DNA of 64,000 nucleotides from Bacteroidota bacterium (GTDB lineage: Bacteria > Bacteroidota > Bacteroidia > AKYH767-A > 2013-40CM-41-45): NCBI GenBank assembly GCA_031417395.1, contig JANOVM010000036.1:56956-120955 (forward strand). The letters are read 5' to 3'. Both the position numbers and the translations under genes were made by a program. Below the pieces are notes generated by a model. That model saw only the letters and a program-made list of their open reading frames with translations. It did no database searches and had not been told where the DNA came from. Of the stretch, positions 9,987 to 18,678 are shown piece by piece. Each line of letters opens with the position of its first letter. Position 1 is the stretch's first letter.

Positions 9987-10015
9987 AAAAACTAAAAGTA
10001 ATGATTATTTTCAAA
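9987..10015 (-). promoter_or_regulatory. Conserved upstream element shared with 13050..13078, ~50-80 nt upstream of the 9485..9937 start
   Basis: AAAAACTAAAAGTAATGATTATTTTCAAA here versus AAAAACTAAAAGTAACGAATATTTTCACA at 13050. In gene sense it reads TGAAAATAnTCnTTACTTTTAGTTTTT. Confidence 0.4.
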
Positions 10016-10240
10016 TTATAAAACCGGTAACAAATAATAGGATTGAATAACAATCCCACTTTATTAGCAATAGCATTCTCCTATATTGAATCAACCTAAA
10101 AAGCGTTTCTAAAGTATATTTACTAGTTATTTGAAGCTAAAAATTCTTTAAACATGAAATGCTTTTAACCCAACGCATCCTTGGGCTTGTTCAGCTTTCA
10201 AATGCGATTACACCTTCACGATGTTTACTTCTTATAATCT

Positions 10241-10400
10241 TCTGCCGGTTCATTTACAAAACTATCTTCATAATCCTTTCTACTAAGTACTGTGTCGTAT
10301 AGTCCTACGTCTTCATCTTTATGTTTTGTAATACCAATGTATTTCAAACTTGCATCTTCATGGCTTTTGCCAATATTTAAAGATGCAGGTGAAAAAAAAC
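10241..10400 (-). pseudogene. orphan C-terminal gene fragment (no start, stops after ...VNEPAEDYKK)
   Basis: Minus-strand translation gives ~53 aa of protein-like sequence ending in a stop and preceded by stops. Sits in an otherwise empty 860 bp region. Confidence 0.25.
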
Positions 10401-10518
10401 CAAGAAATTAAAATTACCAGATTTGACAGAAGGGTAATCATCCTGTCGAAGTTTATTCACCAAAATTTACATAGTCTAAAATTAATTACTCCCAATAATT
10501 ATCGGGAAATAACAATCC

Positions 10519-10609
10519 GGTAGAAGAGGTTTATGTAAGCAAGCCGGAAGATTATTTATACAGCAACGCAAGAGACTATGCGGGCATGAAGGGGCCTGTC
10601 AAAGTTTAA
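10519..10609 (+). pseudogene. remnant of the C-terminal end of an IS200-like/COG1943-type transposase-family gene
   Basis: Translates to ...PVEEVYVSKPEDYLYSNARDYAGMKGPVKV*, with a stop immediately upstream in frame. The C-terminal tail resembles Bacteroidota COG1943 proteins (recollection only). Confidence 0.3.
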
Positions 10610-10802
10610 CTTATTGAATTGCATTCCTTGTTTTACAGTTGATAGTAATGGAAATGTAAGTCGTAGTCCGCGCGAATGGATGTCTGTTCATTTATCAAAG
10701 GAACTACTCGCGCTAAGACTACTCCTAGCGGGCGATGATGGCTACCCAGATTAATACCTTTTTCATTTAGCTGATTTTTATTTCACAAAACTAACATTTA
10801 TT

Positions 10803-11768
10803 TTATTCAATTATTTTAATAACAACATTACCGGTTTTCTGTCCGGACTCAACATATTTATATGCTTCAACAATTTGCTCTAATTTATAGAATCGGTCAA
10901 TTACAGGTTTGTATTCACCTTTTTCAATTAGAGTTTTGAAAAATATAACAACCTCTTTATTAATTGTTGGAATTGGAAATAAAACTTTTTTGCCCCTTGT
11001 AAATTTGGATAAAAGAGCAAAAAATACATTTTCGGCATTTTTCCCTAATTCTGTTGAAATATAAATTCCTTTTTCTGTCAGCAAGGGTTTACACTGACCA
11101 AAAGAGCTTTTTCCTACAGCATCAAAAATGAAATGAAATTTATTATCTGTTTTGGTGAAATCCTGTGTTTGGTAATCAATCACAGTATCCGCTCCAAGAG
11201 ATTTTACCAAATTTACATTTTTTGTATTACAGACAGCTGTTGTTTTTACTCCAAAATGTTTTAAGAGTTGAACGGCAGAAGAGCCGATAGCGCCTGTTGC
11301 CCCGTATACTAAAGCGCTTTGTCCTTTCTCTATTTTTGATGCTTTAATATTATTCAATGCATAGTGAGCCCCTTCAGTTATCGGTGCAGCTTCGTCAAAG
11401 TTTAAATTATTGGGAAGGATTGTTACGGCAGCGTTTTCAGCAATAGTTAAATATTCTGCATGTCCTCCAAAGGTTTTGTCATTATAGCCAAAAACTTTAT
11501 CTCCTTTTTTAAATGTCGTTACGCTCTTTCCAATTTCTTCTATTATTCCGGCGAACTCACAGCCCAGTATTTGACATTTTGGCCGAAATAGCCCGCTCCA
11601 AAACCGCGAAATAAAATATTCTGCACTGCGAAACCCGGAATCTGTACGGTTTACTGTAGATGAATAGACCTTGATTAATACTTCATTGTCTTTTGGTATT
11701 GGCTTAGGGACATCCATTAATTTGGCAACTTCCGGGGGGCCATATTGGGTATATATAATTGCTTTCAT
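10803..11768 (-). CDS. NAD(P)-dependent oxidoreductase, medium-chain dehydrogenase/reductase (quinone oxidoreductase / Zn-ADH-like) family
   Basis: 321 aa. GATGAIGSSAVQLLK Rossmann motif and MDR-type N-terminal domain. Confidence 0.75.
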   Translation of the reverse strand: MKAIIYTQYGPPEVAKLMDVPKPIPKDNEVLIKVYSSTVNRTDSGFRSAEYFISRFWSGLFRPKCQILGCEFAGIIEEIGKSVTTFKKGDKVFGYNDKTFGGHAEYLTIAENAAVTILPNNLNFDEAAPITEGAHYALNNIKASKIEKGQSALVYGATGAIGSSAVQLLKHFGVKTTAVCNTKNVNLVKSLGADTVIDYQTQDFTKTDNKFHFIFDAVGKSSFGQCKPLLTEKGIYISTELGKNAENVFFALLSKFTRGKKVLFPIPTINKEVVIFFKTLIEKGEYKPVIDRFYKLEQIVEAYKYVESGQKTGNVVIKIIE

Positions 11769-11803
11769 TTTCTTAATTATTCTATTGATAAATGCTGCTG
11801 CAT

Positions 11804-12964
11804 TTATTCCAGCGCTTTCAATTTCTTCTGTGTCACCTCTACATTTGGATTAATTGCAATTGATTTTTTGTATGCTGCAATTGCTCTTACTTTGTCGCCC
11901 TTTGCCGAATAGCCATCACCCAAGCTGTCAAAAGCATTAAATGACGTTGGATAATTCTTAGTATTTAATTCAAAACACCTTATTGCTTCATCTAATTTGT
12001 TTGGTGCGTTTAAAAATTTGTATCCCATTTCATTCATTATTTGTTCCGGTGGCAATTCCTGAAATCCATTTTGCTCCGAGCGTTTTTGGTAGAACTTTAT
12101 TATCAAGTCAACAGTTGTGTCGGACTTAGCCGGTTTCCAGTTTTCGAAGACAAAATTTAATCCGTCCTGTGTTGCTTTAACTACTTCAGAATTGTGTGTT
12201 TCTTCCGGATAGGGAATATATTTATATCTTAATCCTGTTATTTTTTTCTGTTGAAGTAATGTATGGAATTTAATAACCGCTTTATTAAATTCAGCACCTT
12301 CATTGCCATCACTAAAAAATATTGTCTTATTATTATAATCCTTGTTTTTGAATAGTAAGTCTGAGTTTTTGAAAATGGATTCTTTGTCCCACCAAAGAGC
12401 GGGACTAACAGCAATGTAGGAATTAAACATTTCCGGATGATTTAACAAACAGTAAGAAGACATTAAACCACCTAATGAATGACCAAAAAATATTTTGTTG
12501 GGTGAGGTTTTGTAATTCTTCTCTATATATGGCATTACTTCATCCTTTATAAATTTCAAGAAGCTTTCGCCACCGCCAGAGGTTTTTAAATTTATACTAT
12601 CTGTTGTTCCATTCATCTGCCAAAAGCTGTGGGTAGCAGTTAAATCACGAAATCTGTCATACTCATAATTGCCAATGCCAACCACTATCATTGGAGGCAG
12701 CTGATTAGTTTGTGAAAGGAAATCTACAATACCGGCCACGACTGAAATCATTTCACCATCCATTAAATAGATAACCGGAAGCGGCTCAGAATGATTTACA
12801 GGATTGTAAACATAAAGTTTTCTATCCTCATTCAAGATAGTTGAATGAATTATTTTAATCTCTGCAATGGTTATTCCGGTACTATCTATTTTTTGTGCCA
12901 GCAACACATTAGAGAAAAAGCAAGTAAATAGAAATAGTAAAAATTTGAATTTAAGAAATGTCAT
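11804..12964 (-). CDS. alpha/beta-hydrolase esterase (putative esterase family) with C-terminal TPR repeat
   Basis: Signal peptide, GHSLGG motif, and a C-terminal ...AIAAYKKSIAINPNVEVTQKK TPR-like repeat. Confidence 0.65.
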   Translation of the reverse strand: MTFLKFKFLLFLFTCFFSNVLLAQKIDSTGITIAEIKIIHSTILNEDRKLYVYNPVNHSEPLPVIYLMDGEMISVVAGIVDFLSQTNQLPPMIVVGIGNYEYDRFRDLTATHSFWQMNGTTDSINLKTSGGGESFLKFIKDEVMPYIEKNYKTSPNKIFFGHSLGGLMSSYCLLNHPEMFNSYIAVSPALWWDKESIFKNSDLLFKNKDYNNKTIFFSDGNEGAEFNKAVIKFHTLLQQKKITGLRYKYIPYPEETHNSEVVKATQDGLNFVFENWKPAKSDTTVDLIIKFYQKRSEQNGFQELPPEQIMNEMGYKFLNAPNKLDEAIRCFELNTKNYPTSFNAFDSLGDGYSAKGDKVRAIAAYKKSIAINPNVEVTQKKLKALE

Positions 12965-13049
12965 TTAGTTTTATTTTGAATTTGTCATGTTAATTGTCAG
13001 TTACTTAATTCTTTTTTGTTATAATGTTGCCATTAACGTCAGTTCTTGC

Positions 13050-13078
13050 AAAAACTAAAAGTAACGAATATTTTCACA
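13050..13078 (-). promoter_or_regulatory. Conserved upstream element (second copy), ~85 nt upstream of the 11804..12964 start
   Basis: Matches 25 of 29 positions of the 9987..10015 element. Confidence 0.4.
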
Positions 13079-13311
13079 CCGATAAAAACGGTAGTCTGTA
13101 AAAAAATTGAAAAAATAATTCCGATCTATTAACACCTGTGCGCCTTCAATCCTTTTATTTTGAAAACACTTCTTCATACATTTAAAATTGCAAAGTAAAT
13201 ATTCACTCCGCCAGAAGTAGGGCTACCTTCACATCAGTTCAACACAGAATTAAAGCGCACCTTCGCGAAAGGGTAAGCTGTGGTTAATCCTTATATGTTA
13301 GCTGTAGGCAT

Positions 13312-13854
13312 TTATTTAGCATTGTCCTTGTCGTCGAAATAATTTAGCTTTCCAATTTTACCTTTTATATAGTCCAAATGATTTACGTTCTCTTTCCCAT
13401 TTCCTATTGTTGTCATACCAACATTTAGTTTTATTTGTTCAGCTTCTATGTCGTAAATAGTTTTATTCAGAGCTTCAGCCTTAATGTGATATTTGTACGC
13501 AATTTCTTCAACTTCTGCCAATGTGATTTCAGAAATAATAAACCTATGAATCACTCTGTTTCTGTCGTCATATAGCGTATAAAGGTCATTTAAAAATGTT
13601 GGGTCTATTACTCCTAAGTCTAATGATTTTTTATAAATTTCTTTTTCTGATTTTTTCTTGTCCGATAAACCTTGATAAATCCATTCTGTTTGAATTTCTC
13701 TATTACTATTTACAATTTGATTTTTTAGAATAATTCCAATTCTAAGCAATGCGTCAATTTGATTTGCAATTATACAAGTCGCTTCAATAAAAGCTTTATT
13801 TTCTACAGCTCTGTTGAGAATTAAAGAAGTCGCCCCCACACCTTGCAAGAACAT
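13312..13854 (-). CDS. hypothetical protein, island gene (180 aa)
   Basis: Third gene of the 14322..15128 / 13920..14306 / 13312..13854 operon. No recognisable motif. Confidence 0.45.
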   Translation of the reverse strand: MFLQGVGATSLILNRAVENKAFIEATCIIANQIDALLRIGIILKNQIVNSNREIQTEWIYQGLSDKKKSEKEIYKKSLDLGVIDPTFLNDLYTLYDDRNRVIHRFIISEITLAEVEEIAYKYHIKAEALNKTIYDIEAEQIKLNVGMTTIGNGKENVNHLDYIKGKIGKLNYFDDKDNAK

Positions 13855-13919
13855 ATCAAACCTGTAGGAATTATTTTCATTCGCACTTTTCGTTTCATCT
13901 ATTAGTCTAAATGTTTTTA

Positions 13920-14306
13920 TTATGGAATAAACCCTTTGAATCTTTTTTCAATTGACCTGCCGTCTAAGTCTTTGTCAGGATTATTAGGATGTGTCAGCGT
14001 GAACAGAACAATTTTGTCTTCAAATATTCGTGTCCAAGTTTTTGTTGTAAAGTCTTTGTCGCCTACGTCCGGAAAGCTATAATATTCTAAGTCACTAATT
14101 TTTGAAACAAGTAAAGATTTACTTCTTTGCAGGAAATTATTTTTTTCGGCCTCGTCTTTTATTTTCCTAATTGAAAGCTGAAAAGCGTCAGATTTCCAAA
14201 TTTCGTATTCTTGAAAGGTGTGAACCTTTGCGTCTTTTAGTGAATATTTCCAAGTTGTCGGAACTTTAATTTCAAAAATTCCATTGTCGTCTATGAATCG
14301 TTTCAT
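13920..14306 (-). CDS. hypothetical protein, island gene (128 aa)
   Basis: 15 nt downstream of the 268-aa gene. No recognisable motif. Confidence 0.45.
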   Translation of the reverse strand: MKRFIDDNGIFEIKVPTTWKYSLKDAKVHTFQEYEIWKSDAFQLSIRKIKDEAEKNNFLQRSKSLLVSKISDLEYYSFPDVGDKDFTTKTWTRIFEDKIVLFTLTHPNNPDKDLDGRSIEKRFKGFIP

Positions 14307-14321
14307 CGAGTAGTGTCTTGT

Positions 14322-15128
14322 CTAGTCAATAGGTGTATAACCATACGAAACAAACAAATAAGGATATTTCTTGTGTGCTTCTGACTGGTCTAACTCAAAA
14401 CCACGTAAATAATGTGTCGTTGTATAAGTTTGTCCGTCTTCATTAAGTTTCTTTTTTAGCACCCCATTTATTTTAAAATTTTCTCCATAGAATGCACCAC
14501 ATTGGGGATTTCCTCCAATTGAATTGTCCTCACCTGAAGCTATAGCCCTTTCAATAATTTGAAGTGGTTTTAAAGTCTTATCTTCTTCGTATATTTTCTC
14601 TCCTAGTTTTTTTGCCGAACCAAAGAATGCTATTCCATCTTCTGGTAAAATTTCATCGTAAGTATATTCAATCGTGTCAGGTTTTATGATTGGAAAAAAC
14701 CGAACTAATCGAACTCGTCCTTTTCTTATGCAAAAACCGCCAAGTAATATTTCAGAAAGTCCCCTTTCACGCTGTGTACTGCTTAACTCTGTAGACACGT
14801 CTCTGTATACTTTGAGGATTAGGTCAGCGAGTGAAAAAAAAGAAACATCGGAAAAATTGGTCATATATTGCAGATTTGGCAAAAGTTCTGCAATTGATTC
14901 TTTTACCGTATAGGCATTTACCGAACTGCCAATAATTGCAAGTCCGTAGTCGTGTTCAAATTCATATTTATTAAAGTCCTCTTTCGATTTTGCGGGTCCG
15001 CGGAGTCTAAATTGTACTTTGAAAATTTTAATTCCTTTGTCAAACGCACCTTGTCCGTCAAAGGATAGTCTTGAGTCCGATGAGAAAGTGATTTTGTCCT
15101 TGAGTTTATGTGCAATTACTAAAGTCAT
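14322..15128 (-). CDS. hypothetical protein, island gene (268 aa); candidate partner or effector of the adjacent methyltransferase operon
   Basis: First gene after the GT-skewed leader. No motif recognised, no TM segment. Confidence 0.45.
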   Translation of the reverse strand: MTLVIAHKLKDKITFSSDSRLSFDGQGAFDKGIKIFKVQFRLRGPAKSKEDFNKYEFEHDYGLAIIGSSVNAYTVKESIAELLPNLQYMTNFSDVSFFSLADLILKVYRDVSTELSSTQRERGLSEILLGGFCIRKGRVRLVRFFPIIKPDTIEYTYDEILPEDGIAFFGSAKKLGEKIYEEDKTLKPLQIIERAIASGEDNSIGGNPQCGAFYGENFKINGVLKKKLNEDGQTYTTTHYLRGFELDQSEAHKKYPYLFVSYGYTPID

Positions 15129-15420
15129 TTTTGCTTACAGCTAACTTTTTCGGGCTTGGCGAAGGTGGCGATTTTCACCACAAATGATGATGTTGAGAAC
15201 CAATGTTTGATTAACCACTAATGTGTCTGCGGAGCACTGAACCGCCACTTTTGCCAAACCCGTGTTACCGGTTCGTGCTTCTTTTCTGTCGTTTTGTTGT
15301 CTGCACATGTTGCTATGTATTGGTGCGTTGGTTTGGTGGCTCTTTTGCAAAACTTGGCTTTAGCTTGGGCTTGTGCGGTTTTGCAAATGTGCCACCAATA
15401 GCGTTGGTATTTTATTAGCC
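15129..15420. repeat. GT-skewed (CA-rich in transcript sense), GC-elevated leader with a degenerate ~77 bp periodicity; related to 22957..23240
   Basis: Composition departs sharply from the AT-rich background. Shares GTGCGTTGGTTTG and GGGCTTG(G)GTGC..TTTTGCAAA blocks with the second region. Internal tandem periodicity (15322 vs 15399). Confidence 0.5.
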
Positions 15421-18400
15421 CTATAACCCATATAATGCAATACATGCTTCTTCATATTCATTATATGAGCTTAAATTTTTTATAGCGAGCAATAAAATTC
15501 TTCTGCGTCTGCTTAATGCCCCTGAATTAGGGTTAAGTACTTCAACAATGGCTGGCGTAGTTGCCTTTAATTGTTGATATTCAGCAATCAAATTCCTTGT
15601 CTTTTGAACAACATCCTGATGTGCAGCCTGCATTGCATCATATGGTGGAGTTACCCCAAAAGGTAGTTTGTGGACATGGCGTTCTCCAAATGCTCCACGA
15701 GGTTGAAAATCCTTAATTATTGAACTTATGGCATCGCTATTTAATAAACCAGTTAAATAAATAGCTTCATCTTCTGTAGTTACCTGAGTCCAATAAACAG
15801 TCTGGTCGAGTATTAATCTTGCAGCATCAAAATTTTGAATATTAATATATCCAGAACAAACTTTGCCACCACCTGCACCTGTCATTACTATATATCCTGT
15901 AGGTGAAATAATCTGCTGTGTGAGTTTTCCTCTTGTGTCAATTAAAGAGAATAGAGTGTTTATAGTGCCGGTCTGAGGATCGATAGTTCTGCAAATGGAA
16001 TCAAATGTATTTCTAACAATTGCACCCTTAGCAATTATAGCAGCAGTTGATAGAACTTCCCATTCGTTTGCAACATTCTTTTTAATAGGTAATAATGCTT
16101 TCTGAAATTCAGCAATGTCAAAAGGTGTAAGCAAATTTGAAGTTATTACATTAAAGAAAAGGTCACTTGGCATTATTCTCGGGCCTAATGTAAAATCTTG
16201 ATGCTTCTTTGCGTCCTTTACTGTGAAAGCAAGATTGCTTGTTGTTGGATTAATAGATTGAACATTAAAAAGGAGAGGATTTCCTGTTGGGGTAGCTTCA
16301 TAGAAAAGTAAATTTCGAGGCATTATATCTGCACCTTGTCTAAAATTAGCCGGTACATAAAAACCAGCATCATCATCTGTTAACTCATTTTCACTCCATG
16401 CTGTACGATTGCCTTGTTTATTTTTATAGAAAACTATTTCGGTGGGTAGTTGATTTTCAAATACTATTTGCCCTGGAAATGGTTCATCAGAATTAACATC
16501 GGGCTCGTTCTTAAGCCCAAATAGTATAACTGCTTTGTTTTTGAATACATGTTCTTGAACCTTCCATAATTCGTTTATTTCAAAAGGTACAGCTCTTTTT
16601 GAAGTAACAAACTGAAATTTTCTAAAGGGGTTATGGTGATGCCCATTTAGTATTGTGTCAGGTACTATACAACCAATTTGTGCATCATCAACTAAATATT
16701 GCTGGATAGCATAGAGAAGAAAAATCGTTGCAAGTTCAATGTGTAAATGTGAAGAGCCTGATGGTTTAATGTCAAAATCTTCCGCCATCTTTTTTAAAAT
16801 AAATTGATACGGATTATTAGCAACTTTACTCAATGCAAGCCAAGGTGGATTTGAAACAAGTCCATTAAACTGACCTAATACCAAACCAGGTCGGAAACTA
16901 TTTCTAAGGATATAAACCCATATCCCATTCCTGCCATCCCTATTTAATATATCAATTTTAGAAACAAGCTGACTAAAGAAATTAAAAACCTCTTCTGTTT
17001 GACTTTCATCAAAATCTACTGATACTGCAGATTTGATGGCATCTATATGAGTAACTATATCTTCTCTACTCACCGATAAGGATGCGTTATTATGAGACGA
17101 TACTACTATTCTATAACTTACATCAATTAAACTATCAAAAAAGTCACGGTACTTAGGCGAAATAAGATAATCAGGTAAATCAATAGAATATTCTGCGATC
17201 CTTAATGAATAAACATTTTTATCTGCATCATCAATGTTATTTGATATTGGAGTTATAGCAAAAAGTGAATCAGCATGATAAACTGGAATTGAAATTTGAA
17301 AGGCTCCAAGTGGTTGTATCCAATCCTTTGCTGCTAAGACCCAGTTAATCTTTGAGAGCATAACTGCTAATGGATCAATATCGAAACCCGTTATGGATTG
17401 AGTGAGAAGATGTATTTGATTCTCTTTTGTTAAATGTCCAGTCGCAGAAAGAATGCGTTGCTTAGCAATTCCTAATGTTTCTACTATCATTGAACCGGAG
17501 CCACAACACATGTCTATAAGACGCAATGGTTCAGTTTGGGCTATACCTGATACAACACGAGCTACAAGCTTATGGGAAAGCCAACCCGGTGTCCATTCCT
17601 GGCCAAGCAACAGTCTTTGAGAACGGTTTGCCAACTGGGCCATTAACTTTCCAAATAAATCTTCACTTGGATTTGAATTAAAATCGTAGGCAACCAAATC
17701 TTGTTGAATTGTTCTTGCAATAGGAATAATTGAAGCAATATGTGGTTGAGAATTTATCCATCCAAAATAATCATACTCAACAAAATTTATTAACCCCTTA
17801 TTCTCAAAAAAGTTACCATTAATGATAGAACTGAGTTCCGTATCATCAGAACTCAGAGCTTTCTGTTCCAAATAATTCGCACATATCAGTTTACCTAATG
17901 TAAGAATATAATATTCGTCAACGTAGGTCTTTAAATCAAATTGATCTGACCTTCCTTCCTCTCTGAGATAGCTAACAAAGCTGCACCACAAATCTGAAAT
18001 GAGCTTTGCATATTTCGGATTAGCAGAAAAAGCATTTGTAACTATTGTAGAAAGTGAAGCTATATGCCCTTGACAAAACCTGCTTTCAAACCCTAAATCT
18101 TTAGCAATTGAATATGCTGAAACAGGCCTTGCCCCAATACGACCAAGATATTTTAAAAGAAATTTTGTTAAATCATTAGCGGTTTTTTCTGATACAACGG
18201 AACAATCTATAAATTCAATCTGTTTCAGAATGATATTGTCTCTACTACAAGCATCCATAGGCAATTGAGACAAATCAATCTCATAAGCATACCACCGAAC
18301 AGTATCAGATAAAATCCCGATAATTAGTTCCGGGTCATGCCCTTGATTTACTAAGCTTGAGCAATAGTCTTTTACCTGATTGTAACCAGTATTATACTTA

Positions 18401-18678
18401 GAGCTAATAGTCAAGTCGCCTTCGTATTCAATAGCTGTTAAGTCAACGAGATTGTCAACAAAGCCAGTGCTGCCTTTTGTACCTTTGATTATTTTTACTG
18501 CCGCTTCGCTACCTTGAATATGCCTGACTACCCAACTTGGTGATTCCGGAAAAACTTGACGCAAGTGGGATGTAAAACTATCCCGAATCACTTGCTCATT
18601 TTTCCCTTCTGCCATCAATTGAAGGCTGTCAGAAAGACTTTGCTGTGCGGATACGGTATTTATTATTGTTACATTCAT
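15421..18678 (-). CDS. MmeI-family Type IIG/IIL-like restriction-modification fusion protein (N-terminal PD-(D/E)XK-like domain + gamma-class N6-adenine methyltransferase + C-terminal specificity region), 1085 aa
   Basis: LIDMCCGSGSM (FxGxG, motif I) followed ~230 aa later by LVSNPPW (motif IV), with GQEWTPGW before motif I. N-terminal GFVDNLVDLTAIEYE resembles the MmeI GFVD...IEMK nuclease motif but has Glu where the catalytic Lys is expected (alignment from memory). 4-nt overlap with the upstream MTase gene. Confidence 0.6.
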   Translation of the reverse strand: MNVTIINTVSAQQSLSDSLQLMAEGKNEQVIRDSFTSHLRQVFPESPSWVVRHIQGSEAAVKIIKGTKGSTGFVDNLVDLTAIEYEGDLTISSKYNTGYNQVKDYCSSLVNQGHDPELIIGILSDTVRWYAYEIDLSQLPMDACSRDNIILKQIEFIDCSVVSEKTANDLTKFLLKYLGRIGARPVSAYSIAKDLGFESRFCQGHIASLSTIVTNAFSANPKYAKLISDLWCSFVSYLREEGRSDQFDLKTYVDEYYILTLGKLICANYLEQKALSSDDTELSSIINGNFFENKGLINFVEYDYFGWINSQPHIASIIPIARTIQQDLVAYDFNSNPSEDLFGKLMAQLANRSQRLLLGQEWTPGWLSHKLVARVVSGIAQTEPLRLIDMCCGSGSMIVETLGIAKQRILSATGHLTKENQIHLLTQSITGFDIDPLAVMLSKINWVLAAKDWIQPLGAFQISIPVYHADSLFAITPISNNIDDADKNVYSLRIAEYSIDLPDYLISPKYRDFFDSLIDVSYRIVVSSHNNASLSVSREDIVTHIDAIKSAVSVDFDESQTEEVFNFFSQLVSKIDILNRDGRNGIWVYILRNSFRPGLVLGQFNGLVSNPPWLALSKVANNPYQFILKKMAEDFDIKPSGSSHLHIELATIFLLYAIQQYLVDDAQIGCIVPDTILNGHHHNPFRKFQFVTSKRAVPFEINELWKVQEHVFKNKAVILFGLKNEPDVNSDEPFPGQIVFENQLPTEIVFYKNKQGNRTAWSENELTDDDAGFYVPANFRQGADIMPRNLLFYEATPTGNPLLFNVQSINPTTSNLAFTVKDAKKHQDFTLGPRIMPSDLFFNVITSNLLTPFDIAEFQKALLPIKKNVANEWEVLSTAAIIAKGAIVRNTFDSICRTIDPQTGTINTLFSLIDTRGKLTQQIISPTGYIVMTGAGGGKVCSGYINIQNFDAARLILDQTVYWTQVTTEDEAIYLTGLLNSDAISSIIKDFQPRGAFGERHVHKLPFGVTPPYDAMQAAHQDVVQKTRNLIAEYQQLKATTPAIVEVLNPNSGALSRRRRILLLAIKNLSSYNEYEEACIALYGL

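Noticed and set aside
15141-15445. ORFs 15141..15350(-), 15218..15445(-) and 15221..15418(+) inside the GT-skewed leader
   Set aside because: Translations are low-complexity (Cys/Trp/Gly/Leu runs) and simply reflect the skewed composition. They overlap each other on both strands, so the region is treated as non-coding.
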